This document shows positions 20,199 to 32,364 of a stretch of 40,578 nt of DNA, one piece after another. Location: assembly GCA_002269645.1 (NCBI GenBank), contig NIVC01004610.1, positions 1 to 40,578 on the forward strand. Reading direction: 5' to 3'. Each line of letters opens with the position of its first letter. Position 1 is the stretch's first letter. A model generated the notes under the pieces. The model made no database searches and had not been told where the DNA came from. It worked only from the letters and a program-made list of their open reading frames with translations. The stretch comes from Macrostomum lignano (taxonomy: Eukaryota). A program made the translations under genes and the position numbers.

Positions 20199-22672
20199 AT
20201 GACAACAATCAGTCATCTTGAAGCCGATGCTGAGTCGGAAAAGTTTCTCAGTCAGTTCACCAACATGCACTACGGTGGCCAGAAGACATCGGAGCTCTAC
20301 AGCGACTGGTCTGATGAGTATGAGAAGGTAAGCACACTCAAGACAGCAAATGCCGCTTTTTTTATTACACCTGACCTAATATGAAGGCTGCATATGGCTG
20401 TTCAGTCCAACGACTGGGGGGGGGGGTCGCCAAGCGCACCCTCAATTACCCCCAGTCCCAGCTAATGCTGGTGCCAATTTTACCGCAATGCAGAGCTAAG
20501 TGTCTTGCTAAATGACATAAAATGTTCCGAGTTGTTCGAGAATAAAACCCCCGACTTTTCAATCGTGAGTCCGACTCCCGTCACTTGACTTGTCTGCGAT
20601 ATCAAATTACCAGTGAAAACACCTTGGCACAATTATGAAAGAATTTAGTTCCGTTATAATATCGCAGATATTTCTCTAAATTGTATTCTGGCAAGAACAT
20701 AATTGATAAAATAAATCTATATATTTACTGCAAACAGAATTTTCTGAACATGACCAGCGGATATGAACACCCGGAGCGCATTGCCGACATTGCCGCGTCA
20801 GTGCTGCCCGACAAAACTTGTCGAATTCTCGACGTCTGCGCTGGCACCGGACTTGGCGGAGCTGCGGTAGGAGTTCTTTGACTATATCCTGCTGATAGAA
20901 CTAATATAAGGCATTCCATCTGCAAAGTTTGAATCTCTTGGGCATTTCAGCTACAATAACCCTGAACAGTAAATATTTTATTTGTGTTTCTCTTGTATAT
21001 ATCTTGTAATTAGGCCAAACTTTATGATCCCACGGCTTGAACATATTTTTGCTACATTTGTACGTCAGCCGTTGTGAGCTGAAATAACTGAAGTAAAGAA
21101 GATAACAAAACCGTTGTATTCTTAGGTCCTTTGTGATATCTATCAATTCACCAATTCATCCCGGTTATATTTTTTATTTTAAATTGATCTCAAACTAATC
21201 TCAAACTGATCTCAAACTAATCTCAAACTAATCTCAAACTGATCTCAAACTGATCTCAAACTAATCTCAAACTAATCTCAAACTAATCTCAAACTGATCT
21301 CAAGCTGATCTCAAACTGATCTCAAACTGATCTCAAACTGATCTCAAACTGATCTCAAACTGATCTCAAACTGATCTCAAACTGATCTCAAACTGATCTC
21401 AAACTCATCTCAAACTCATCTCAAACTGATCTCAAACGACCATCGTTAAGCTGAAGAAGCGCGGCTTCGACAATATCGACGCCTTGGACGGCAGTGCGGG
21501 AATGCTGGAAAAAGCCAGACAGAAAGGCATCTACATCTGCATCGTCCAGGAGGTGATTGGTACCGGGCCGCTTACTAAAGTAGAGAAAGGTGAGCCTGTA
21601 GGTTTTTGTTGTTTGTGTCCTCTAAACGCACCATGAAATAACAGAGCAAACCACAGATACTAAAATAACTAGATGGGCCACTCGGGCATAGATACTTATA
21701 AAACAGCTTTCTACTTTTAGTTCAGTAGCAGGAAGTATATATAAGCTATTTTATAAAAATAAAGGCTGTTGAAATGACTTTGATAAGTTTCGAAGCCCAA
21801 GCTTGCAGCCGTAAACAGCCTAGCTGCTAATTGGTTCGGGAATAATGTACATTGGCCAGTCCACTTAAATGTACAGGCCGCTTTAGGCTGGAATCCCGAG
21901 AAAGGCAATAAAAATTGGGGTGGGGCGGGGCGAGGGGGTAGTGTGGAAAGGCGCGGTTGGAGGTTTAAGTGGGGGAGGGGGGTAAGAGCAATAAATGAGC
22001 CTTGGCTTTAAAAATAAAATAAAATAAAATAAAATAAAAATAAGTACATTTAAAATACTTCTGTTTACGAGCGTAACTTGCTACTGAACTGAAAGTAGCT
22101 TACACGCAAATGTGCTGAGTGGCCCATCTGGTTATTCTAGTATCAGTGGAGCAAACCAAGCAGGGGCAGAGAAGATCAGCAGTAAACCATATTTATTTGG
22201 GACTTGTGCACGAAGTTTGATTGGATCGGGGGGACTGTAGTGCGATCTGCACCCATGAAGGCCAATCCCAAGGCACAGGGTGTGTACGTGCCTTACAACC
22301 CTGTGCGTATGGAGTGGGCTTGTTGTAGCCGTTGCGTTAGGGTGCTCACAGCCTTTCTGTGAACTTTTATTTTACCAAGCAGAATCCGAACGAATTTCAG
22401 GTGCCTACGATGCCATAGTGACATCCGGTTCATTTGTTCCGGGTCATCTGGGCCCTGGTCAACTGCGAGTCCTGGCTGGCACGCTCAAACCCAACGGCCT
22501 GTTCTGCATGGCAATGCGAGAGGCCTACCTGGAGACCGACTACCTGCGCGACCTTCAACCCGAGATGGAGCGCATGCAACAGGAGGGAATTTGGAAAATC
22601 GAGCGCTGCGACCGGATGGATAATTATCACAACGGTCTGTCTGGTCGAGTTTTCATCTGCAGGCGTCTCTGA
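20199..22672 (+). CDS. METTL27: Class I SAM-dependent methyltransferase, METTL27/WBSCR27-like, 4 exons
   Basis: join(20199-20327, 20738-20866, 21451-21589, 22401-22672); GT-AG introns, phases 0,0,1 consistent. Motifs YSDWSDEYE, ILDVCAGTGL, IDALDGSAGMLEKAR, YDAIVTSGSFVPGHL, LKPNGLFC. Orthology is by motif recall only. Confidence 0.8.
20384..20590 (-). mobile_element. tRNA-derived CORE-like SINE (degenerate) in methyltransferase intron 1
   Basis: Shares AAGGCTGC.TA.GGCTGTTCAGTCCAA.GACTGGGG...CTAATGCTGG...AGTGTCTTGCT with 32365-32495; the distal part resembles a reverse-complemented tRNA head. Confidence 0.55.
21185..21437 (+). repeat. 11-bp tandem repeat (TGATCTCAAAC / TAATCTCAAAC) x 23
   Basis: Read directly; ends 13 bp before exon 3 of the methyltransferase. 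Confidence 0.92.
21668..22132. mobile_element. MITE-like element with TA TSD in methyltransferase intron 3
   Basis: TIRs ACTAGATGGGCCACTC / GAGTGGCCCATCTGGT flanked by TA on both sides; additional subterminal inverted match (CTACTTTTAGTTCAGTAGCA / TGCTACTGAACTGAAAGTAG). Confidence 0.65.
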
Positions 22673-23376
22673 AACAATCGTTTTCGTTATGTGCTACTTA
22701 AAACAATATATTACTTCTAGATGCCTCTAATCTTCAAAATGACGTCACTTTCCGAAAACTTATCAATTCTGTCAGCCATTTTAACCTTAGAAAGTTCAAT
22801 AAAACGGCTGCTAAGACTATCAACAATAAAATTATTGCGAACCCAACTCGCCGAACTTAGTCAATTCTGCGATCTAAATTGCATGCATGCATGCATACGC
22901 GACGAATTTCCGTCAGCTTAATCTGTCAACAAGCATCTGCTTGCGAAAAACTGCCGAGGTATGAGTAAACAAAAGAAATTGGACTCTCTATTTGACTCTG
23001 ACTTTGTATGAAATGCCTAATTGCTTATTATAGACACTACAATGGTGAGCTTGTCAAATGTTGACTCAACGTTGATCAAACAATGCCTGACAATGATAGC
23101 AACTGCAGCTATATGCCCACTGTGCAAGAAAGTCTTGCGTATACAGATGCTCAGTCCCTTATTACACTCACTCATATAATGCATTAGTATTATTAATACT
23201 GGAACACACATAAGTATATAACTAGATTATTGGTTGCCTCACTTTTCGTGTAAGCTTACTTAATTTATCGTAATTATGATGAATTGTAAGTTAAAGCTAA
23301 TTGTCGAAAGTGACGAAAATAACAAGCACAACAAAAGCAACAAAAGACGTAACCCAGAAAATTAAGATCAAACGGT

Positions 23377-23694
23377 CGTCAGATGAGGGTGCATCAGATG
23401 AGGGTGCGTCAGATGAGGGTGCGTCAGATGAGGGTGCGTCAGATGAGGGTGCGTCAGATGAGGGTGCGTCAGATGAGGGTGCGTCAGATGAGGGTGCGTC
23501 AGATGAGGGTGCGTCAGATGAGGGTGCGTCAGATGAGGGTGCGTCAGATGAGGGTGCGTCAGATGAGGGTGCGTCAGATGAGGGTGCGTCAGATGAGGGT
23601 GCGTCAGATGAGGGTGCGTCAGATGAGGGTGCGTCAGATGAGGGTGCGTCAGATGAGGGTGCGTCAGATGAGGGTGCGTCAGATGAGGGTGCGT
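23377..23694. repeat. 15-bp minisatellite (CGTCAGATGAGGGTG) x 21
   Basis: Read directly; possibly coding (see findings). Confidence 0.95.
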
Positions 23695-24315
23695 TCACGT
23701 ATCGACGAGTTCGCGCGTGGCCGTGCCTATATAGGCCGGTAGAAGTCAGAAACTACTATGGACGCATTTATAGCTTGATTTTGGAGGTGAGGTGGGTGTC
23801 AACCCTCCTCGCCTCTCATTGGCTGGCGCCCCGATCACTAGGTGATCGATACCCGTATCGATATCGGCGCTCGGCGCGCGCGCGCGCCGCAGGCGCCAAG
23901 CGCCGCAGGCGACCCTCCCCAGCCGCAGGCGCACCTACCGATATTAGATCCCAATAAATCAATCAGATCCCAAATCAATCAGATCCCAAATCAATCAGAT
24001 CCCAAGCGCACCCTCGCGAGCCGCAGGCGCCCATGCAGCAGGCGCCCCTCCCCGCCGCACGCGCCCTCCCCCGACATGTATGCCGCAGGCGCCCTCCCCA
24101 CCTCAGGCGCCCCTCCCGATATGTATGCGCACTCTCCCTATATGTACACCGATATGTATGCAGCAGGCGCCCGAGTGTACACTCTCCCGATATGTGTGTA
24201 CACCGATATGTAGTCATCGATACGGGCCTCTTCCCCTCTCTCACCTACATCTCAACTAGCGAAATCGAACCCAGGTCGCGCCCATACTAGGACACTACAC
24301 GGTTGTGGGGTATAG

Positions 24316-24730
24316 GGAGCGAGAAGTTTCAACCCTAACGCTGACGCAGCCCTGTACAATGAGCGTGTACGGGCAGAAAGGGGGGGTGGACAGAGAGACG
24401 GCCACTAGGTTATTATACTGTTGAAGCATAGAGAGCGAGAAGTTTCAACCCTAACGCTGACGCAGCCCTGTACAATGAGCGTGTACGAGCAGAAAGGGGG
24501 GGGTGGACAGAGAGACGGCCACTAGGTTATTATACTGTTGAAGCATAGAGAGCGAGAAGTTTTAACCCTGATGCTGACGCAGCCCTGTACAGTGAGAGTG
24601 TACGGGCAGAGAGGGGTGGGTGGACAGAGAACCAGCCACTAGGTTGTTATACTGTTGAAGCATAGGGAGCGAGAAGTTTTAACCCCGATGCTAACGCAGC
24701 CCTGTACACTGAACGTGTACGGGCAGAGGG
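24316..24730. repeat. ~115-bp tandem subrepeat x ~3.6 in the left arm (mirrored at ~31075-31490)
   Basis: GAGCGAGAAGTTT.AACCC...GCAGCCCTGTACA...CCACTAGGTT.TTATACTGTTGAAGCATAG recurs, diverging inward. Confidence 0.85.
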
Positions 24731-27700
24731 TGGGTGGAAAGAGATGTGAACAACACAGCCTGCTACAGGAGCCGGATAGAGAGGCGCATGCTAGGACAGA
24801 GAGGTAGTGTGAGTCACACACACCCCACAGAGAAAGCCATACAGAGGATAGAGAGCTCCCTCCCCAGTTGCAGGGGACAGAGAGGCAGGCAGGGTATGCA
24901 GGGGCATGCGAACCGTCAAGGGGCCACGCGAGGATAGAGTGGAGGAGCAGAGATGTGTTTGGACAGAGAGCCAGCCACGTGTGCGTAGTGTGAGGGAACA
25001 GAAACATATCGAGCAGGAGGGAGATGGGGAGCAAACGCGCAGGGTAAGGGAGCCACACAGGGCGGTACAGTGAGACACGGGCAGGGGTGGAGCCGTGCGT
25101 GGACAGAGCTGAACGGCACGGTCAGCTGCAGGAATAGGATGATAGAGAGGCGCGGAGGGGGACAGAGAGCAGTGTGCAGGGGTAGGCAGCCACGCAGGCT
25201 GGGGAACAGAGAGGCGCGTGTCAGCCAGTTGCAGCCCGGGACAGAGAAGTATGAAGGGGGGCCTGGGACAGAGTTGCGAGCAAGGCACAGAGAGAGGTAG
25301 GGTCTGGTAGCTATGTATAGACAGGGACCCACGCGAGGGCAGGACAGGGGAGTAGACATGCAAGTTGCATGCAAGGGCAGAGAGGTGTGCGCGGAGGGAG
25401 ACAGAGAGCAGTGTGTAGGGGTAGGTAACAGCAAACTTTAGTAGAGGCGCGCGGGGACGGAGAAACCAGTCTGAGCGTACAGAGACGTTACAGAGAGGTA
25501 CACAAACAGAGAATATTAAAAAGCACATGTGTAGGGACAGAGACGTGAGGGAGAATCCACCAAAACACGCTATGTATTATCAAAAGTTGGTTTTAGTGCC
25601 GCATATTTAATAGTGGGTAGTATAATAGTATGTACATAGTAGGTATAATAGTAGTAATAATAGTAAGCATATTAGCCCAAAAGGTAGGCTAAAACTGCTA
25701 AACAGTGTACACATCCTCATCATCCCACAAGCCCCCTCTCCCGCCAGACTCACTCTTCCAAACCTTCCTGTATTGCTGTATGTAAGGAAAATATAGTGTA
25801 AAAATTCAGATGTTAACCTCTAGACCGCTGAAATCAGGGCACACTAGAGGGGTTTCGAGGGTCTGCAAGCTCTATGTAAGCTGCTCGAGGAGGTTCCAGG
25901 GGTGTCGGGAGGGTTTCCATTATGATTTTGAAAAAAACTGGAGGCTTAAATACAACGTTTTATTCAAAAGCAGGTTATTTTAATGAAATAGCCAACACAA
26001 CCATCGTCGAGAGTAGATTTTTATAAGAAACTAGGTATTACAGCAAAATAAACCTTCAAACCATATAAAATTGAATAAAAAGCAGACATAATAAATGGCA
26101 AGTATTTTAATAGAAAAGTAAGCGAATTAGTCACCCGGGGTGTACATCCGGCAGGGTGGGCGTCCAGCGAGTGTACATCTGACAGGATGGGTGTTCAGCA
26201 AGTGTACATCTGACAGGGTGGGCGTTCAGCAAGTGTACCTTCAGCGTCGAGTAGGTGTACACCCGTCAGTGGGGAACTCCACCCCTCCCACCAATGTCGT
26301 GTGCACGCGGTTAGTGTTGGGGAACCCCGATGCTGACGCAGCCCTGTACACTGAGCAACCAGCCCCCCATGCGAGGGACAGAGAGCAGCCCCTGTAGCAG
26401 GAGGGGTAGTGCGTGGAGAGCCGCCATCCCCCCTGTAGCAGGGGACAGATAACAGGCGGCCCCTGTAGCAGTATGAGGCGGGGTACAGAGAGACACGGGG
26501 TGCTGGGACAGAGAGTGCGTGGAGGCACCCTGCGCCGCCCCGGCATGTCGCAGCACGCGGCGCGGGACAGAGAGGCAGTGTGTAAGTCACCCCGCGGAGG
26601 GACAGAGAGCTGCCCAGGCAGGAGGCGCGGGACAGAGAGGCGGTGAATCACACCCCACGGAGAGAGCCGTACAGCGAGCTTCCCCACCCGAGTCCGGTAA
26701 ATATTACAGAGTATTACGTGCACACGCCAGCCCTGAATACCAAGCCATACTAGTCTACCTGCAGTGCTCCCAGAGGGATCAGGGATGGTCAGGAGTTACA
26801 CACCAAGAATGCATTCATACAAAGAGTACACAACTCGAGCCCAGACACCAAGTCACAGTCTACTTACAGTAGAGATGGTAGATTAATAGCAAGATTATAT
26901 TACAATTAGACCTCCCTAGCACATGAGGAGTGAAATTCAATAATAATTGAATTCAATAATAATACAACATTTAGACGTAGTAATTTAATTACAAAATACC
27001 ACTAACACTGAGCCAACGAATTGTAGGTTACAAAGGAGTTGCCACTCATATGGAAAGCCAGTATAATGCAGGTGTATATTATTAAAACATAGACAAAAAC
27101 GATGCAGACGTATATACACACTATTGATTTTGTACATGTACATTTCGGCATATTACCACACATCGCGGGCACATATTATATATCGGGGGATAGGTTAAAA
27201 TACACACATCGTAGATGTAGAAGCAGACACAATGCAGGAAAATTATGATACGAGTGTACATATTAGTGCGTAAAAGTATCATATTATGACACCCTGTAGC
27301 ACATATTGACATAATGCAGGGGAAAATATTGACAGAAATAGTACACAATTGTAGAGGTAACAACCCGCCAACTAGTAAGGGCATCCAGCACTTGTTCAGG
27401 TTTTTATTATTTCGAGACGAGTGTCATGCCCCCGCAAGAGATCTTATCAGAAATTTGTTGAACTCCACTGCAACTCTCCCCAGAGCCTCCAAATGTGAGT
27501 TTTTAACCCAGGGTCGAGTACAAAGGACCCGCCCACTCTTAACCCCAAGGGGTGATCCTAGCGGAGACCAAGTACAGTGCGGACGGAGAGGGGTAACAGA
27601 AAGCGCTGCATCAGACCGCGGGGCTGCATTCCTCCCCCGAGGTAGGCGCGTCAGCTCCCACTCCTCATTTAACCATCAAGTAAACTAAAGAAGTCAAGCA

Positions 27701-28059
27701 GAAAGCCTTACAATCACCCGCAACCAGCACAAGTAAGAGTACTTTCCACTAGAGAGCCATAGTGCAAGATTCAGTTGAAGAAGCACACCAAATTACACTA
27801 AAGACATATGTATTAAAAAGCATACCGGCACCTCTACAAAAACACAGTATGTACCGATTAAAGTTGCTTTTGGTGCAGTGTATTTAATAAAAAGCAGGTA
27901 CCTAACACAAAAGTAGGCATCAATGCAGTGCACGGGCTAAACTGTATTTACAAACGCAGGGCAACGAACTACACACAATGTAGCGCATAGACATAATTGT
28001 ACGCATAAATGTACGCAATTTCCGGTATATAGGACCAAATGTACGCAAATGTACACAAT

Positions 28060-28205
28060 GTACACACACACACACACACACACACACTCAGGTGTATTCA
28101 CAGCAAGAGCTTCCTGCTGATGGCGCCATCGCCTGCGGCGATCGGTGCTGCAGGATGCGCTGCAGGATGCGCCTGAGTGTGTGTGTGTGTGTGTGTGTGT
28201 GTACA
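28060..28205. repeat. Small hairpin: TGTA(CA)nCTCAGG ... CCTGAG(TG)nTACA at the spacer/right-arm junction
   Basis: Inverted (CA)n/(TG)n arms with matching flanks around an ~80-bp GC-rich loop. Confidence 0.85.
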
Positions 28206-31200
28206 TTACCCCTCTCCGTCCGCACTGTACTTGGTCTCCGCTAGGATCACCCCTTGGGGTTAAGAGTGGGCGGGTCCTTTGTACTCGACCCTGGGTTAAA
28301 AACTCACATTTGGAGGCTCTGGGGAGAGTTGCAGTGGAGTTCAACAAATTTCTGATAAGATCTCTTGCGGGGGCATGACACTCGTCTCGAAATAATAAAA
28401 ACCTGAACAAGTGCTGGATGCCCTTACTAGTTGGCGGGTTGTTACCTCTACAATTGTGTACTATTTCTGTCAATATTTTCCCCTGCATTATGTCAATATG
28501 TGCTACAGGGTGTCATAATATGATACTTTTACGCACTAATATGTACACTCGTATCATAATTTTCCTGCATTGTGTCTGCTTCTACATCTACGATGTGTGT
28601 ATTTTAACCTATCCCCCGATATATAATATGTGCCCGCGATGTGTGGTAATATGCCGAAATGTACATGTACAAAATCAATAGTGTGTATATACGTCTGCAT
28701 CGTTTTTGTCTATGTTTTAATAATATACACCTGCATTATACTGGCTTTCCATATGAGTGGCAACTCCTTTGTAACCTACAATTCGTTGGCTCAGTGTTAG
28801 TGGTATTTTGTAATTAAATTACTACGTCTAAATGTTGTATTATTATTGAATTCAATTATTATTGAATTTCACTCCTCATGTGCTAGGGAGGTCTAATTGT
28901 AATATAATCTTGCTATTAATCTACCATCTCTACTGTAAGTAGACTGTGACTTGGTGTCTGGGCTCGAGTTGTGTACTCTTTGTATGAATGCATTCTTGGT
29001 GTGTAACTCCTGACCATCCCTGATCCCTCTGGGAGCACTGCAGGTAGACTAGTATGGCTTGGTATTCAGGGCTGGCGTGTGCACGTAATACTCTGTAATA
29101 TTTACCGGACTCGGGTGGGGAAGCTCGCTGTACGGCTCTCTCCGTGGGGTGTGATTCACCGCCTCTCTGTCCCGCGCCTCCTGCCTGGGCAGCTCTCTGT
29201 CCCTCCGCGGGGGTGACTTACACACTGCCTCTCTGTCCCGCGCCGCGTGCTGCGACATGCCGGGGCGGCGCAGGGTGCCTCCACGCACTCTCTGTCCCAG
29301 CACCCCGTGTCTCTCTGTACCCCGCCTCATACTGCTACAGGGGGCCGCCTGTTATCTGTCCCCTGCTACAGGGGGGATGGCGGCTCTCCACGCACTACCC
29401 CTCCTGCTACAGGGGCTGCTCTCTGTCCCTCGCATGGGGGGCTGGTTGCTCAGTGTACAGGGCTGCGTCAGCATCGGGGTTCCCCAACACTAACCGCGTG
29501 CACACGACATTGGTGGGAGGGGTGGAGTTCCCCACTGACGGGTGTACACCTACTCGACGCTGAAGGTACACTTGCTGAACGCCCACCCTGTCAGATGTAC
29601 ACTTGCTGAACACCCATCCTGTCAGATGTACACTCGCTGGACGCCCACCCTGCCGGATGTACACCCCGGGTGACTAATTCGCTTACTTTTCTATTAAAAT
29701 ACTTGCCATTTATTATGTCTGCTTTTTATTCAATTTTATATGGTTTGAAGGTTTATTTTGCTGTAATACCTAGTTTCTTATAAAAATCTACTCTCGACGA
29801 TGGTTGTGTTGGCTATTTCATTAAAATAACCTGCTTTTGAATAAAACGTTGTATTTAAGCCTCCAGTTTTTTTCAAAATCATAATGGAAACCCTCCCGAC
29901 ACCCCTGGAACCTCCTCGAGCAGCTTACATAGAGCTTGCAGACCCTCGAAACCCCTCTAGTGTGCCCTGATTTCAGCGGTCTAGAGGTTAACATCTGAAT
30001 TTTTACACTATATTTTCCTTACATACAGCAATACAGGAAGGTTTGGAAGAGTGAGTCTGGCGGGAGAGGGGGCTTGTGGGATGATGAGGATGTGTACACT
30101 GTTTAGCAGTTTTAGCCTACCTTTTGGGCTAATATGCTTACTATTATTACTACTATTATACCTACTATGTACATACTATTATACTACCCACTATTAAATA
30201 TGCGGCACTAAAACCAACTTTTGATAATACATAGCGTGTTTTGGTGGATTCTCCCTCACGTCTCTGTCCCTACACATGTGCTTTTTAATATTCTCTGTTT
30301 GTGTACCTCTCTGTAACGTCTCTGTACGCTCAGACTGGTTTCTCCGTCCCGCGCGCCTCTACTAAAGTTTGCTGTTACCTACCCCTACACACTGCTCTCT
30401 GTCTCCCTCCGCGCACACCTCTCTGCCCTTGCATGCAACTTGCATGTCTACTCCCCTGTCCTGCCCTCGCGTGGGTCCCTGTCTATACATAGCTACCAGA
30501 CCCTACCTCTCTCTGTGCCTTGCTCGCAACTCTGTCCCAGGCCCCCCTTCATACTTCTCTGTCCCGGGCTGCAACTGGCTGACACGCGCCTCTCTGTTCC
30601 CCAGCCTGCGTGGCTGCCTACCCCTGCACACTGCTCTCTGTCCCCCTCCGCGCCTCTCTATCATCCTATTCCTGCAGCTGACCGTGCCGTTCAGCTCTGT
30701 CCACGCACGGCTCCACCCCTGCCCGTGTCTCACTGTACCGCCCTGTGTGGCTCCCTTACCCTGCGCGTTTGCTCCCCATCTCCCTCCTGCTCGATATGTT
30801 TCTGTTCCCTCACACTACGCACACGTGGCTGGCTCTCTGTCCAAACACATCTCTGCTCCTCCACTCTATCCTCGCGTGGCCCCTTGACGGTTCGCATGCC
30901 CCTGCATACCCTGCCTGCCTCTCTGTCCCCTGCAACTGGGGAGGGAGCTCTCTATCCTCTGTATGGCTTTCTCTGTGGGGTGTGTGTGACTCACACTACC
31001 TCTCTGTCCTAGCATGCGCCTCTCTATCCGGCTCCTGTAGCAGGCTGTGTTGTTCACATCTCTTTCCACCCACCCTCTGCCCGTACACGTTCAGTGTACA
31101 GGGCTGCGTTAGCATCGGGGTTAAAACTTCTCGCTCCCTATGCTTCAACAGTATAACAACCTAGTGGCTGGTTCTCTGTCCACCCACCCCTCTCTGCCCG

Positions 31201-32364
31201 TACACTCTCACTGTACAGGGCTGCGTCAGCATCAGGGTTAAAACTTCTCGCTCTCTATGCTTCAACAGTATAATAACCTAGTGGCCGTCTCTCTGTCCAC
31301 CCCCCCCTTTCTGCTCGTACACGCTCATTGTACAGGGCTGCGTCAGCGTTAGGGTTGAAACTTCTCGCTCTCTATGCTTCAACAGTATAATAACCTAGTG
31401 GCCGTCTCTCTGTCCACCCCCCCTTTCTGCCCGTACACGCTCATTGTACAGGGCTGCGTCAGCGTTAGGGTTGAAACTTCTCGCTCCCTATACCCCACAA
31501 CCGTGTAGTGTCCTAGTATGGGCGCGACCTGGGTTCGATTTCGCTAGTTGAGATGTAGGTGAGAGAGGGGAAGAGGCCCGTATCGATGACTACATATCGG
31601 TGTACACACATATCGGGAGAGTGTACACTCGGGGCGCCTGCTGCATACATATCGGTGTACATATAGGGAGAGTGCGCATACATATCGGGAGGGGCGCCTG
31701 AGGTGGGGAGGGCGCCTGCGGCATACATGTCGGGGGAGGGCGCGTGCGGCGGGGAGGGGCGCCTGCTGCATGGGCGCCTGCGGCTCGCGAGGGTGCGCTT
31801 GGGATCTGATTGATTTGGGATCTGATTGATTTGGGATCTGATTGATTTATTGGGATCTAATATCGGTAGGTGCGCCTGCGGCTGGGGAGGGTCGCCTGCG
31901 GCGCTTGGCGCCTGCGGCGCGCGCGCGCGCCGAGCGCCGATATCGATACGGGTATCGATCACCTAGTGATCGGGGCGCCAGCCAATGAGAGGCGAGGAGG
32001 GTTGACACCCACCTCACCTCCAAAATCAAGCTATAAATGCGTCCATAGTAGTTCAGAACAACCGCATAAGTGGTGAACGGGCTGGGTCCTCTAATACAGG
32101 GCCTCGGTCCCAACGCTCTCATCAGCTGGAAAAGACGCCGCCGGATGTCCTTCTCTACGTGAGGCACCAGAGCAACGAGGCAGATGAGCCGCTGGAAGCG
32201 AATGAGCATGGTCTTCTGTACGTCTGCATGTTAGGTTCCTATTGGCACTTACTGAACCTCGACTTTGGCTGAATTGTACATGTAAATAAATAATTGATTA
32301 CACCTGCCCATAGGGCCAGATGTGCAACCGACAGCTCAGCCGCAGCTATTGCGCGGCGCATCTG

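Larger units (their letters stand above)
23752..32052. mobile_element. 8.3-kb foldback element with ~3.85-kb inverted arms, 609-bp spacer and 6-bp TSD; no recognisable coding capacity
   Basis: Left arm 23752-27596 is the reverse complement of right arm 28206-32052 (mirrored ORFs throughout the track); TCAGAA direct repeat at 23746-23751 and 32053-32058; ends ACTACTATGG / CCATAGTAGT. Confidence 0.88.

Noticed and set aside
24316-24730. CRISPR-like appearance of regularly spaced repeats (also 19349-19476 and 39478-39705)
   Set aside because: Whole units are repeated without unique spacers; no cas genes; eukaryotic context.
24033-31962. Cys/Pro/Leu-rich ORFs within the palindrome arms
   Set aside because: Low-complexity products of GA/CT-skewed repeats; several are broken by indels in one arm but not the other; no domain recognised.
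23757-32047. IS3EU-like parse using TATGG...CCATA ends
   Set aside because: The 6 bp flanking those ends (AACTAC / GTAGTT) are inverted, not direct, so they are not a TSD.
23752-32052. Palindrome as a pure foldback-read assembly artefact
   Set aside because: Different unique flanks, a 6-bp direct repeat at both junctions and a 609-bp asymmetric spacer argue for a real insertion. Read-level confirmation is still needed.
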